From: Promethearchaeota archaeon
Lineage (GTDB): Archaea > Asgardarchaeota > Lokiarchaeia > Sigyniarchaeales > SOKP01
Assembly: GCA_048938005.1 (NCBI GenBank)
Contig: JBHLMQ010000012.1
Location: forward strand, 29,161 to 93,160
Length of the DNA: 64,000 nucleotides
Direction of reading: 5' to 3'
Shown here: one piece after another, positions 19,570 to 29,690 of the stretch
Numbering within the stretch: the first letter of the stretch is position 1
Layout: the number at the start of each line of letters is the position of its first letter
Notes under the pieces: generated by a model
What the model saw: only the letters and a program-made list of their open reading frames with translations
Told to the model about the DNA's origin: nothing
The model's database searches: none
Program-made: the position numbers and the translations under genes

Positions 19570-22500
19570 ATGGTTTTCTTGGAAGTATTGGATAAGAAGT
19601 TGAATTTAATAGAATTAGAAGAAAAAGTATTAGAATTCTGGAAAGATCAAGATATATATTCATTGATAAGAAAAAAGGAAGAAGGAAAAAAAGTTTGGAG
19701 ATTTATTGATGGCCCACCTTATACTACAGGTTCAATTCATATTGGAACAGCATGGAATAAAGTTTTAAAAGATTATTTAATAAAATATAAACGGATGAGA
19801 GGTTTTAAAGTTACGGATACACCGGGTTATGATACTCATGGATTGCCAATCGAGGTTCAAATGGAAAAGGAATTAGGCATTACAAATAAACAGGAAATTC
19901 AAGAATATGGTATAGATAAATTTATTAAGAACTGTAAAGAATTTGCACAAAAGAACCTTAAGATAATGAATGAACAGTTTAAAAGATTAGGATGTTACTT
20001 CTGGGATTGGGATAACCCCTATATTACTTTTAAAAATAGTTATCTTGAAGGCATCTGGTGGACTTTAAAGAAAGCCTGGAAAAACGATTTGTTATATCAA
20101 TTTTATCGACCTTTAAATTGTTGTCCGAGATGTGCAACTGCTTTAGCTAAGCATGAGCATGAGTATAAAAATATTAAGGATACAAGTCTATTTTTAAAGA
20201 TAAAGGCTGTGGATATGGAAAATACATATTTTATAATCTGGACAACAACACCTTGGACATTAGTTGCTAATGAAGCTATTATGGCGAATCCATTTGCTGA
20301 ATATAGTAAAGTGTATATTGAACAAATTGATGAGTATTGGATACTTTCAAAAGCATCAATAACCCATCTTATTTCGGGAGAATTAGGATATAAATATAAG
20401 ATTGTAAAGGATTATACAGGTGAGGAGCTAGAAGGGATGAAGTATATTCATCCATTATCAGAAGAAATACCATTTCAAAAGGAATTGGCAAAACAAAGTG
20501 ATACCGTTCATTCTATTATATTATCTGATGAATATGTTTCAGCTTCAGAAGGGGTTGGGTTAGTTCATTCTGCTCCAGGACATGGTCCTGAAGATTTTGA
20601 GGTAGGAGTTGCCAATAATATTCCTGTGTTTACACCCGTAAATATAAGAGGTATATATACAAAAGAAGCAGGAAAATTTGAAGGAAAATTTGTATTTGAC
20701 GCAAATGAAGAGATTTTGGAGTTATTAAAGGAAAAAGGAACCTTAATATTAACAAATGAAATAGAACACGAGTATGCTCATTGTTGGCGATGTGATTCAA
20801 AATTAGTATATAGAGCAACAAATCAATGGTTTTTTAAAACAGAAAGTCTTGTCCCTGAATTACTTAAAAAGAATGAAGAAATTTATTGGGTTCCAGATTG
20901 GGCAGGTAATAGATGGTTTAAAAGTTGGTTATCTAGTTTGAAAGATTGGTGTATATCAAGACAACGTTTTTGGGGTATACCTTTAAGTGTATGGATTTGT
21001 GATAATGAAGAATGTAAAGATATCACTGTAATAGGTTCAGCTAAAGAATTAAAAGAGATCGCTGGAGAATGTCCTGAAGATTTGCATCGTCCATGGATCG
21101 ATAAAGTCACTTGGAAATGTAAAAAATGTAATCAAGGTACAAAAAAGAGAATTCCCGATATTCTAGATGTTTGGTTAGATTCCGGTTCTGTAATATGGGC
21201 TGCTCAAGAAATTTATGATGGGAAAAGTCATTTTGACACATGGATTCCTGCGGATTTTATACTTGAAGGTAAAGATCAAATAAGAGGATGGTTTAATACT
21301 CTTTTATGTAGTGCAATGGTTTCATCTCGACGTAAAAACTATGATGCCTGTTATATGCACGGCTGGACTTTAAGAGAAAAATTAAAAATGAGTAAATCAA
21401 GAGGAACTCAAATTTATCCTGAAGATCTTATTGATGGAACTTTAGAAGAGCTTAAAAAGAATAAAGCTTATTCAAATATAAAAGGAATTGAGACTTTCCG
21501 TTTCTATTCGATGGGTGTAACACAACCAGGTCGGGATTTCAATTTTGTTGCAAAAGAATATGCTGATACTTATAAAATTATTAACACTATCTGGAATGTC
21601 TATGTATATGCTAATGAAAAATTTAATTTAGCAGAATTTAACCCTTCAAAGGTAAAATGGGATGAAAAATCTCTTAGTAAATTAGACATATGGATACTTT
21701 CAAGATTAAATTCTGTAATAAAAAAAATTACTGAATTGGCAGATAATTATGAATTACCATGGATTACTGGCGAATTAAGAGATTTAATTGTAAATGATAT
21801 TAGTAGATGGTATATAATGTTAAATCGAGAGAAACTTGATATTTATTCCGAAGATCCTAATAAATTATTAATAATGAAAGTTCTCTATCACATCCTATAT
21901 GAAGTCCTATTGCTATTAGCACCAGTTAATCCAATGATAAGCGAAACAATTTTTCTCAAAATGTATAAATCACAATTAAAATCAATTGATTTAGAAGAAA
22001 CAGAAAGCATTCATTTACAAAAATGGCCTAAATATGATGAGAGAAAGATTAATTCAGAATTAGAAGAACAAATGCATTTTACGCGAGAATTGATAGAAAT
22101 TGTTAGAGCTATAAAGGATGAAAATAGAATAAGATTACGATGGCCAAACAAAAAGATAATTATAGAGGCAAAAGAGGGTATGCCAAAAATAGAGTTTCCT
22201 GAGATAATTAAGAAAATTGGAAATGTAAAAGAATTAGAAATAGTCAAATCGGTCAAACCCTCAGATAATTTAATAAAAGCTGAATCTAAATTCTGTAATG
22301 TTTATTTAGATATATCGATTGATAATGATCTATTATCTGAACGTCTAGTAAATGATTTAATAAGAAATATTCAGTTTATTCGTAAAAAAAATGGATTTAA
22401 AGTTGGAGAAAAAATATTCCTAAAGATTGGCACGAAAATAAAATATCTGAAAGATTTTCTTGAAAGAAATAGAAATACAATTAAAGATAAAATAAATGTT

Positions 22501-22716
22501 GAAAATCTTGAAATCGCTTCTGTAGATCTTACAGAAGAAAAAGATAAAATTTTTGGAAGTTTAAATATATGTCCAAATCGAGATTGTTCTGCCGCATTAA
22601 AAGATAATATAATTTCGAGATTAAAGAAAAGATTAGAATTAAAATGTCCACATTGTAAATCTAATATAAGTGAGAATACAATTAAAACAATTACATTTAG
22701 TTTTAAGAAAAAATAG
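19570..22716 (+). CDS. ileS: Isoleucine--tRNA ligase (archaeal/eukaryote type)
   Basis: DGPPY, HIGT (HIGH motif), GYDTHGLPIE, WTTTPWTL, DWCISRQRFWG, EGKDQIRGWF, KMSKS. Confidence 0.97.
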   Translation: MVFLEVLDKKLNLIELEEKVLEFWKDQDIYSLIRKKEEGKKVWRFIDGPPYTTGSIHIGTAWNKVLKDYLIKYKRMRGFKVTDTPGYDTHGLPIEVQMEKELGITNKQEIQEYGIDKFIKNCKEFAQKNLKIMNEQFKRLGCYFWDWDNPYITFKNSYLEGIWWTLKKAWKNDLLYQFYRPLNCCPRCATALAKHEHEYKNIKDTSLFLKIKAVDMENTYFIIWTTTPWTLVANEAIMANPFAEYSKVYIEQIDEYWILSKASITHLISGELGYKYKIVKDYTGEELEGMKYIHPLSEEIPFQKELAKQSDTVHSIILSDEYVSASEGVGLVHSAPGHGPEDFEVGVANNIPVFTPVNIRGIYTKEAGKFEGKFVFDANEEILELLKEKGTLILTNEIEHEYAHCWRCDSKLVYRATNQWFFKTESLVPELLKKNEEIYWVPDWAGNRWFKSWLSSLKDWCISRQRFWGIPLSVWICDNEECKDITVIGSAKELKEIAGECPEDLHRPWIDKVTWKCKKCNQGTKKRIPDILDVWLDSGSVIWAAQEIYDGKSHFDTWIPADFILEGKDQIRGWFNTLLCSAMVSSRRKNYDACYMHGWTLREKLKMSKSRGTQIYPEDLIDGTLEELKKNKAYSNIKGIETFRFYSMGVTQPGRDFNFVAKEYADTYKIINTIWNVYVYANEKFNLAEFNPSKVKWDEKSLSKLDIWILSRLNSVIKKITELADNYELPWITGELRDLIVNDISRWYIMLNREKLDIYSEDPNKLLIMKVLYHILYEVLLLLAPVNPMISETIFLKMYKSQLKSIDLEETESIHLQKWPKYDERKINSELEEQMHFTRELIEIVRAIKDENRIRLRWPNKKIIIEAKEGMPKIEFPEIIKKIGNVKELEIVKSVKPSDNLIKAESKFCNVYLDISIDNDLLSERLVNDLIRNIQFIRKKNGFKVGEKIFLKIGTKIKYLKDFLERNRNTIKDKINVENLEIASVDLTEEKDKIFGSLNICPNRDCSAALKDNIISRLKKRLELKCPHCKSNISENTIKTITFSFKKK

Positions 22717-22809
22717 TATTGTTATTATACCAATCTTTTTCTATTTTTATAATAATTCTTTAAGCTCCATATTTTTTATAATAATCCCGCCAATAATCGA
22801 ATATATCTT

Positions 22810-22956
22810 TTAGGGTTTCTTATATTGAATTAAATTCTGTAAGGGGCGATCAGGAAGATCTATACCATAAACTTCTTTACCTTTATTAATACAGAGATCA
22901 GTTAAATGGGATCCTAAAAAACCATTTGCTCCAGAAATAAGAATTTTTTCGCATAT
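22810..22956 (-). pseudogene. Truncated N-terminus of an NAD-dependent epimerase/dehydratase
   Basis: Reads ICEKILISGANGFLGSHLTDLCINKGKEVYGIDLPDRPLQNLIQYKKP* (48 codons, Rossmann motif only); absent from the ORF track. Confidence 0.8.
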
Positions 22957-22987
22957 TAAACTTAAAATTATTAATATTAAATCTGAT

Positions 22988-24121
22988 TTATTTTAATAAT
23001 CCTTTTTCTTTTAATTCTTGTATAGCTTTTTGTGAAGGTTTTTGAATATCATTTTTTTGTGTCTTGATCCAATTAATTAAATCATCTATCCCTTCTTTAA
23101 AAGTAAGTGTTGGGGAATAACCTAATTTATTTTTTATTTTTGAAATATCTGCTACACTATGCCTTATATCACCAATTCTATATTGTTGATTATAGACTGG
23201 CTTTAATTCAGGATTAATTTTTTCAGTAATTAAATCTGCTACTTCCTTTATTGTTACTGGTATGCCAGTACCCACGTTAAAAATTTCACCGTTAGCAGCG
23301 TTTTTTTCCATAGCAAGAATCAAAGCTTGACAAACATCTTTTACATTCACAAAATCGCGTGATTGCATTCCATCTTCAAATATAATTGGAGGTTTTCCAT
23401 AAAGTGCTTTAGTACTAAATATTGCACAAACACCTGTGTAGGGGTTTGAAAGAGCTTGTCTTGTGCCATAAACTAGAAAAAATCTTAACACAGTTGTATT
23501 TATTCCATAGGTATTACCAATCATCAAACTCATTTTTTCTTGAGCTTGCTTTGAGAACGCATAAATTGAACTAGGATTACATGGTGAATTCTCATCTGTT
23601 AAAAGAGGTTTAACCTTAGATCTGCAATATGGGCAATCAAGTTCCCAATCTTTACGTTCCAATTGATCTTGTAGTCTTACTCGAGGGAAAACAACACCAC
23701 ATGTATTACACTGAGCTCTTCCCTCACCATACACGGTGTTAGATGATGCTATAACAACCTTTTTCACATTATGTTTACTATTAACTAATATATCAAGTAA
23801 ATTTGCTAAGCCAAGTATATTATTTTCTATATATTTTTCTACTTGATACATAGATTGGCTTACACCAACTATAGCTGCCAAATGGAAAATAATATCATTC
23901 TCTCCTACTAAATGTTCCAATTTTTTATAATCAGTTACAGAACCTAGAAAAAATTTCGAATTTTTATTTAAATAATCTGGAGGGTGATTGACATTTCCAT
24001 GAACTTGTTCTTCTAAGATATCAAGAATAGAAACTTCATACCCTTTTTGATCAATTAATTTATCAACCAAATGGGAACCAATAAAACCTGCTCCTCCAGT
24101 AACTAATACTTTTTTGGTCAT
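22988..24121 (-). CDS. NAD-dependent NDP-sugar epimerase/dehydratase with CxxC...CxxC insertion
   Basis: VTGGAGFIGSH, HLAAIVGVSQS, YAFSK, VYGTRQALSNPYTGV, FEDGMQSRDFV; CNTC and CPYC insertion. Confidence 0.9.
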   Translation of the reverse strand: MTKKVLVTGGAGFIGSHLVDKLIDQKGYEVSILDILEEQVHGNVNHPPDYLNKNSKFFLGSVTDYKKLEHLVGENDIIFHLAAIVGVSQSMYQVEKYIENNILGLANLLDILVNSKHNVKKVVIASSNTVYGEGRAQCNTCGVVFPRVRLQDQLERKDWELDCPYCRSKVKPLLTDENSPCNPSSIYAFSKQAQEKMSLMIGNTYGINTTVLRFFLVYGTRQALSNPYTGVCAIFSTKALYGKPPIIFEDGMQSRDFVNVKDVCQALILAMEKNAANGEIFNVGTGIPVTIKEVADLITEKINPELKPVYNQQYRIGDIRHSVADISKIKNKLGYSPTLTFKEGIDDLINWIKTQKNDIQKPSQKAIQELKEKGLLK

Positions 24122-24304
24122 TTAATATTCTTAAGACTTATTTTAGATATTTTAATAGTTCATAAGTAATTATTTAAATTAAAGAATATGATAAACTAAT
24201 ACTAAAAGTATATTTTTGTGTGATAGTAAAACTAATCAAATTTTTTAATGATTTATCACGAAAAAATTTGATATTTAAATAATTTTCCAATAACGGTGAT
24301 TAAT

Positions 24305-25315
24305 ATGATAATTCGTTCAAAAGCACCATTCAGAGTGAGCTTTGGAGGAGGAGGAACAGATATGGCTCCCTATTGTATTGAACATGGGGGCTGTGTGATA
24401 AACACTACAATTGATCGTCATATTTATATTACTTTAAAACCAAGAAAGGATAAAAATATCCATGTTTTTTCAATTAATCTCAATAAAGAAGCAACTTTTA
24501 AAATTGGAGATAGAGACTACTCTAATGAATTTGAATTAATTAAAGGTATTATTCATGTTTTAGAAGTAAAAGATGGGTTTGATATCACGATATATTCGGA
24601 ACTTCCTGCTGGTTCTGGAATGGGAGGTTCATCTTCTTTAACAGTCGCAATAATAGGAGCATTTAATAAATATTATAGATTAGGAATGCCTAAACATAAA
24701 ATTGCACAAAAAGCATATGATATTGAACGTATCGAATTAAAACAGAAAGGTGGATATCAAGATCAATTTGCTGCCGCATATGGGGGTCTAAATTTTATAG
24801 AATTCACCGAGGATGTAAAAGTAATTCCTATAATTGCTAGTGAAGAAATGTTAAATGAGCTCCAATTTCGTTTAATTTTATGTTATGTGGGAGGTTCTCA
24901 TTTTTCTTCTAATATACAAGATGAAGTATTAAAAGGTTATGAAATTGAAAAGAAATCATATATAGAAGCAATGCAGGATCTAAAAGATGTAGCCCATTAT
25001 ATGAGAAATATTGTAGAATCCAATAAAATAAATAAATTAAATGAATTTGGAGAACTATTACATAAAGGTTGGTTAGCAAAAAAGAGTTTAAGTACAAAAA
25101 TCTCAAACAAAAAGATTGAGAATTTTTATTTAACTTCAAGGAAGTTTGGTGTTCTTGGAGGAAAATTACTTGGCGCAGGAGGAGGGGGCCATTTATTACT
25201 TTTTTCAGATTATGGTAAGAAATTTAAAATAATTCAAGAACTAGAAAAAATTGGTGGAAAAATTATAAATTTTCATTTTAACCCAAAAGGACTTGAAGTA
25301 TGGGAAATAAAATAA
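24305..25315 (+). CDS. hddA: GHMP kinase, D-glycero-alpha-D-manno-heptose-7-phosphate kinase
   Basis: APFRVSFGGGGTD, PAGSGMGGSS, GGYQDQFAAAYGG, GGKLLGAGGGG; adjacent to gmhA. Confidence 0.85.
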   Translation: MIIRSKAPFRVSFGGGGTDMAPYCIEHGGCVINTTIDRHIYITLKPRKDKNIHVFSINLNKEATFKIGDRDYSNEFELIKGIIHVLEVKDGFDITIYSELPAGSGMGGSSSLTVAIIGAFNKYYRLGMPKHKIAQKAYDIERIELKQKGGYQDQFAAAYGGLNFIEFTEDVKVIPIIASEEMLNELQFRLILCYVGGSHFSSNIQDEVLKGYEIEKKSYIEAMQDLKDVAHYMRNIVESNKINKLNEFGELLHKGWLAKKSLSTKISNKKIENFYLTSRKFGVLGGKLLGAGGGGHLLLFSDYGKKFKIIQELEKIGGKIINFHFNPKGLEVWEIK

Positions 25316-25345
25316 TTAAAAGATAATTAAAAAAGAGAATATATT

Positions 25346-25912
25346 ATGGAAAATGAAATAATTTCAATTTTGGATGAAAATATCAAAATAAAAGAAGCTA
25401 CAAAAGCTTTAACACCGACTATAGCAAAGATTTCTGAAAAAATAATAAATGCCTATAAGAATAGGAAAAAAGTTGTACTTTTCGGAAATGGAGGAAGTGC
25501 AGCTGATGCTCAACACATAGCAGCTGAGTTTGTAGGAAAATTTTATCATGATCGTGATTCACTTCCTTCTTTAGCATTTCATACGAATACCTCTATTCTT
25601 ACTGCAATAGCTAATGATTTTGGCTATGAATTTGTGTTTGAAAGACAAGTGTCCTCGTTTGTGGATGAAGGAGATGTAGTTATTGGAATTAGCACATCAG
25701 GTAATTCTCCAAACGTAATAAAAGGTTTGATAAAAGCTAAAGAAAAAGGAGCAATTACAGTAGGCTTCACTGGCGAAAAAAAAAGTAAAGTTGAAGAAAT
25801 TGCTGATATCTGTCTAAAGATACCTTCATCCGATACTCCAAGAATTCAGGAAGGCCATATAACTGTTGGACATATTATTTGTTATTTAGTCGAAAAAGAA
25901 TTTTTTGGATAA
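25346..25912 (+). CDS. gmhA: Sedoheptulose-7-phosphate isomerase
   Basis: GNGGSAADAQHIAAEF, TAIANDFG, GISTSGNSPN, TPRIQEGH. Confidence 0.95.
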   Translation: MENEIISILDENIKIKEATKALTPTIAKISEKIINAYKNRKKVVLFGNGGSAADAQHIAAEFVGKFYHDRDSLPSLAFHTNTSILTAIANDFGYEFVFERQVSSFVDEGDVVIGISTSGNSPNVIKGLIKAKEKGAITVGFTGEKKSKVEEIADICLKIPSSDTPRIQEGHITVGHIICYLVEKEFFG

Positions 25913-25922
25913 GCGACAATTT

Positions 25923-26558
25923 ATGAAAAAAATCGCAATTTCTATTCATGCAATAGAAGATTTTACACTAAATATTATTAAGGGCCTAAAAGGTTTTGAT
26001 TATATACATGTAGATGTCATGGATGGTAAATTTGTAAATAGCATTAATAATAATTTAAATGTTTTCCACCCTTTAAAAGAAACTTATAATACTCCAATAA
26101 TTGCTCATTTAATGGTAATTAATCCATTTGATTATATTAAAAAAATTATTAAAAATATTGATATATTTTTATTTCATCTTGAAGTATTAAATAATATTCG
26201 GGCAATAATAGAAGAAATCAGAAATAGTAAAAAAAAGGTTGGTCTTGCTATAAATCCAGAGACAAAAACTTCTGAAATTATACCATATTTAAAAGAAATT
26301 GATCTTGTCTTGGTAATGAGTGTAAATCCTGGCTTGTCCGGTCAGGAATTCATTCCAAATTCTGTAAAAAAAGTAAATAAGTTGGCTGAATTTAAAAAAC
26401 ATTATAATTTTGTTATCGATGTTGATGGTGGGATTAATTTAATAAACGCAAAACTATTAAAAAATGCAGATATATTAACAAGCTCAAGCACTATTTTAAA
26501 AGCTAAGGATCCAAATAAAATACTTAAATTACTTAAAAAATCTGGTGAAAATGACTAA
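25923..26558 (+). CDS. rpe: Ribulose-phosphate 3-epimerase
   Basis: HVDVMDGKFV, HLMV, GLAINPET, VMSVNPG, VDGGIN. Confidence 0.92.
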   Translation: MKKIAISIHAIEDFTLNIIKGLKGFDYIHVDVMDGKFVNSINNNLNVFHPLKETYNTPIIAHLMVINPFDYIKKIIKNIDIFLFHLEVLNNIRAIIEEIRNSKKKVGLAINPETKTSEIIPYLKEIDLVLVMSVNPGLSGQEFIPNSVKKVNKLAEFKKHYNFVIDVDGGINLINAKLLKNADILTSSSTILKAKDPNKILKLLKKSGEND

Positions 26559-27093
26559 AAAAAGGAAGGCTATTTTTTTAGATAGAGATGGTGTGATAAA
26601 TAAAGAAGTTAATTATCTTTCCAAACCCAATGATTTTGAATTTATTGAAGGATCAATTGACGCTTTAAAAATTCTGAAACAAAAAGGATACCTAATTATT
26701 GTTATTACTAATCAAGCTGGTATAGCAAAGGGATTTTTTACAGAAGAGACCCTTGAATCTATTCACAGTAAAATGACAAGGATTTTAAAGCAAAATAATA
26801 TAGAATTAGATGGTATTTATTATTGTCCCCACCATCCTGAATTTACTGGTCCATGCGATTGTAGGAAACCAAAACCCGGTATGATTCTGAAAGCACAATT
26901 AAAGTATAATATTGATTTAAATAATTCTTATATGGTTGGAGATACATTGAATGATATTGAAACAGGCAAATCAGCGAGATGCAAAACTATTTTAGTTTTA
27001 ACTGGTTATGGAAAGGAAGAACAGAAAAAAAAAAGCTCGATAATACCAGACATGATATTTAAAAACTTAAAAGAATTTGCTATAAATATATAA
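26551..27093 (+). CDS. gmhB: D-glycero-D-manno-heptose-1,7-bisphosphate phosphatase
   Basis: FLDRDGVIN, TNQAGI, CPHHP...CDCRKPKPGM, MVGD. Confidence 0.93.
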   Translation: MTKKRKAIFLDRDGVINKEVNYLSKPNDFEFIEGSIDALKILKQKGYLIIVITNQAGIAKGFFTEETLESIHSKMTRILKQNNIELDGIYYCPHHPEFTGPCDCRKPKPGMILKAQLKYNIDLNNSYMVGDTLNDIETGKSARCKTILVLTGYGKEEQKKKSSIIPDMIFKNLKEFAINI

Positions 27094-27137
27094 AACTAAT
27101 AATTATTATAATCATCAAAATGTAATAGTGAAGTAGT

Positions 27138-27791
27138 ATGAAATTTTTCATAGATACCGCTAATTTAGAACAAATAAAAGAAATGCAAGAACTAGGTATA
27201 ATCGATGGAGTTACTACAAATCCTACTTTATTAGCAAAAGAAGGAGCTGAACCTATAGAACAATTAAGAAAAATATGTGAACTGGTTGATGGACCTGTAA
27301 GTGGAGAAGTGATAGGATTAACTACTGAAGAAATGGTGAAAGAAGCTCGTGAATTAGCCAAAATTGCTCCTAATATAGTTGTTAAGATTCCCTTTACTAA
27401 GGATGGGATTAAAGCAGTTAAAATACTTGAACCTGAGGGAATAAAGACGAATGTTACACTCGTATTTTCACAGAATCAAATTTTAATTGCAGCAAAAGCA
27501 GGAGCTTCTTATATAAGTCCTTTTATAGGAAGATTAATGGATAATGGCCAAAATGAAATTGATATGTTATGGGAATCAATGGATATAATCCGGGCATATG
27601 ATTTTAAATCTGAAATAATAGTTGCTTCTGTTAGAAACACTAGACATATTATTGAGGCTGCAAAGATGGGGGCGCATATTGCTACAATTCCTTTTTCTGT
27701 GCTTGAAAAAATGTTCAAACATCCAAATACAGATCAAGGGTTGAAAGCATTTCTCAAAGATTGGGAAAAATTACAAAGCGAATTAAAATAA
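27138..27791 (+). CDS. tal: Transaldolase (short TalC/FSA family)
   Basis: [40 protein letters not shown]. Confidence 0.92.
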   Translation: MKFFIDTANLEQIKEMQELGIIDGVTTNPTLLAKEGAEPIEQLRKICELVDGPVSGEVIGLTTEEMVKEARELAKIAPNIVVKIPFTKDGIKAVKILEPEGIKTNVTLVFSQNQILIAAKAGASYISPFIGRLMDNGQNEIDMLWESMDIIRAYDFKSEIIVASVRNTRHIIEAAKMGAHIATIPFSVLEKMFKHPNTDQGLKAFLKDWEKLQSELK

Positions 27792-27803
27792 CAATCTAAT
27801 AAA

Positions 27804-28802
27804 ATGTCTCTTATTGATGAGATTTCCAAATGGAATAAAGAAAAAGTATTAATAATTGGAGATGCTTTAATAGATAAGTATATTTTCGGATATACCGATA
27901 AAATTTCTCCTGATGCACCAGTTCCAAATGTAAAAATAGAGAATAGTAATCTTTACATAGGTGCAATTGGATTAGTTTTACAATATATACAATCTTTAGG
28001 GGGAATTCCGGAAATTTGTACTATTATTGGTAGCGATTTTGAGGGAGATTTTTTTTTAAAAAAGGTTAAGGAGTTAAAATTAGATCCTTCAGGAATTCTC
28101 GTAGATGATAGTTTAAAAACACCTCAAATAACTCGAATAAAAGCAATGAATCAACATCTTTTACGTTTAGAAACTGATTATAATAGTGATATATCTCAAC
28201 CTATTATAGACAAGTTTAAAGATCGCATACTAAATATGTCTCAAGATATTGGCGCAATACTAATTTTAGACTATGGTTTAGAAGGAATATTCAAGGATAT
28301 ATTTATTCAGAAATTATTACGTTTTTTAAAAGAAAACTATAAAAACGCCCCTATTATTGTCCGTCCTACAAAATTCAATTACTATCTCTATGAAAATGTA
28401 GAATTAATTAAGATGAATCTTCAGAAAGCTTTAGATACATTTTCAATCGATTGTTGCAATGAAACTAGTATAACAATTGCGGGAAAAAGAATTTTAAACT
28501 CTTCAAAATGTAATAATGTTCTACTGAATTATTTAGAATTAGAATCTTTTCTCTTTTCAAAAGAAAATGAAAAAGTAGAAAAATTTAGTCCAATTTTGCA
28601 ACAACCTGTAAGAAGTTATGTAGCTGTTGGTAGTGTTATAATGGCAGTACTGGGATTATCATTTGCTTCGGGAATTTCAGTTTTAAATGCAGTAAGAATT
28701 GCACTTTTTGCTGCTGCTTTTACGGCAACGCTTCCTCCTGTCGAATTTTATAAAATTGAGAAGCTTCATAATTATATTTTAACTAAAATGAATAAATTAT
28801 AA
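27804..28802 (+). CDS. RfaE/HldE kinase-domain (PfkB) homolog with degenerate catalytic motifs
   Basis: VLIIGDALIDKYIFG...KISPDAPVP and QHLLRLE match the HldE N-domain; the anion-hole GAGD is replaced by AVGS. Confidence 0.75.
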   Translation: MSLIDEISKWNKEKVLIIGDALIDKYIFGYTDKISPDAPVPNVKIENSNLYIGAIGLVLQYIQSLGGIPEICTIIGSDFEGDFFLKKVKELKLDPSGILVDDSLKTPQITRIKAMNQHLLRLETDYNSDISQPIIDKFKDRILNMSQDIGAILILDYGLEGIFKDIFIQKLLRFLKENYKNAPIIVRPTKFNYYLYENVELIKMNLQKALDTFSIDCCNETSITIAGKRILNSSKCNNVLLNYLELESFLFSKENEKVEKFSPILQQPVRSYVAVGSVIMAVLGLSFASGISVLNAVRIALFAAAFTATLPPVEFYKIEKLHNYILTKMNKL

Positions 28803-28823
28803 TTTACTCATTTAAATACTAGA

Positions 28824-29690
28824 ATGGAATTGTCTAAAGCTGATGAACAGAAAATCTTAATTGATATTCTGGATATCAAAAAAGATATTTTGATGATGAT
28901 ATATAAAGCCCAATCGGGTCATCCGGGAGGCTCATTATCGTGTGCTAATATCATATATCTCCTTTATAACTATATTATGAGAATAAATCCTGAAAATCCT
29001 ACATGGGAAGAAAGAGATATATTTATCTTAAGTAAAGGACATGCTGCACCTGCTTTATATGCTGTCTTATCAAATTTTGGTTTTATAAATAGGGGGGAAT
29101 TATTTACTTTAAGGCAATTTGGTTCTAACTTACAAGGCCATCCTGTTAAAAATCCAGAATTCGGAATAGAAATATCTACTGGATCTTTAGGAATGGGATT
29201 ATCAATCGGTGTTGGGTGTGCATTAGCTGCTAAATTAGATTCTAAAAATAAATTAATTTATGTTTTATTAGGAGATGGAGAATTAAATGAAGGTGCTATA
29301 TGGGAAGCAGCAATGTCAGCTAGTCATTATAAGTTAGATAATTTAATAGCAATTGTAGACCGAAACGGGCTACAAATAGATGGATCTACAGAAGAGATAA
29401 TGGCTTTAGAACCTTTAGCAGAAAAATGGAAAGCATTTGGTTGGGAAGTTATTGAAGTTGATGGTTCAAATCTAACAGAAATAATACATGGATTTGAAAG
29501 ATTAAAAACTATAATTGGTAAACCTAAAGTAATCATATCTTATCTAATTAAAGGATCTGATGTATCATTTATGCAACATACTAAAAAATATCATGGACGA
29601 GCGCCAAACAAAGAGGAATATGAAATCGCGCTTAAAGAACTTGAAGATATCAAGGCGGAATTAATAAGAGGTGATAAATCAAATGTCTGA
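28824..29690 (+). CDS. tktA: Transketolase, N-terminal (TPP-binding) subunit
   Basis: SGHPGGSLS, LSKGHAAPALY, LQGHP, STGSLGMG, GDGELNEG. Confidence 0.95.
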   Translation: MELSKADEQKILIDILDIKKDILMMIYKAQSGHPGGSLSCANIIYLLYNYIMRINPENPTWEERDIFILSKGHAAPALYAVLSNFGFINRGELFTLRQFGSNLQGHPVKNPEFGIEISTGSLGMGLSIGVGCALAAKLDSKNKLIYVLLGDGELNEGAIWEAAMSASHYKLDNLIAIVDRNGLQIDGSTEEIMALEPLAEKWKAFGWEVIEVDGSNLTEIIHGFERLKTIIGKPKVIISYLIKGSDVSFMQHTKKYHGRAPNKEEYEIALKELEDIKAELIRGDKSNV

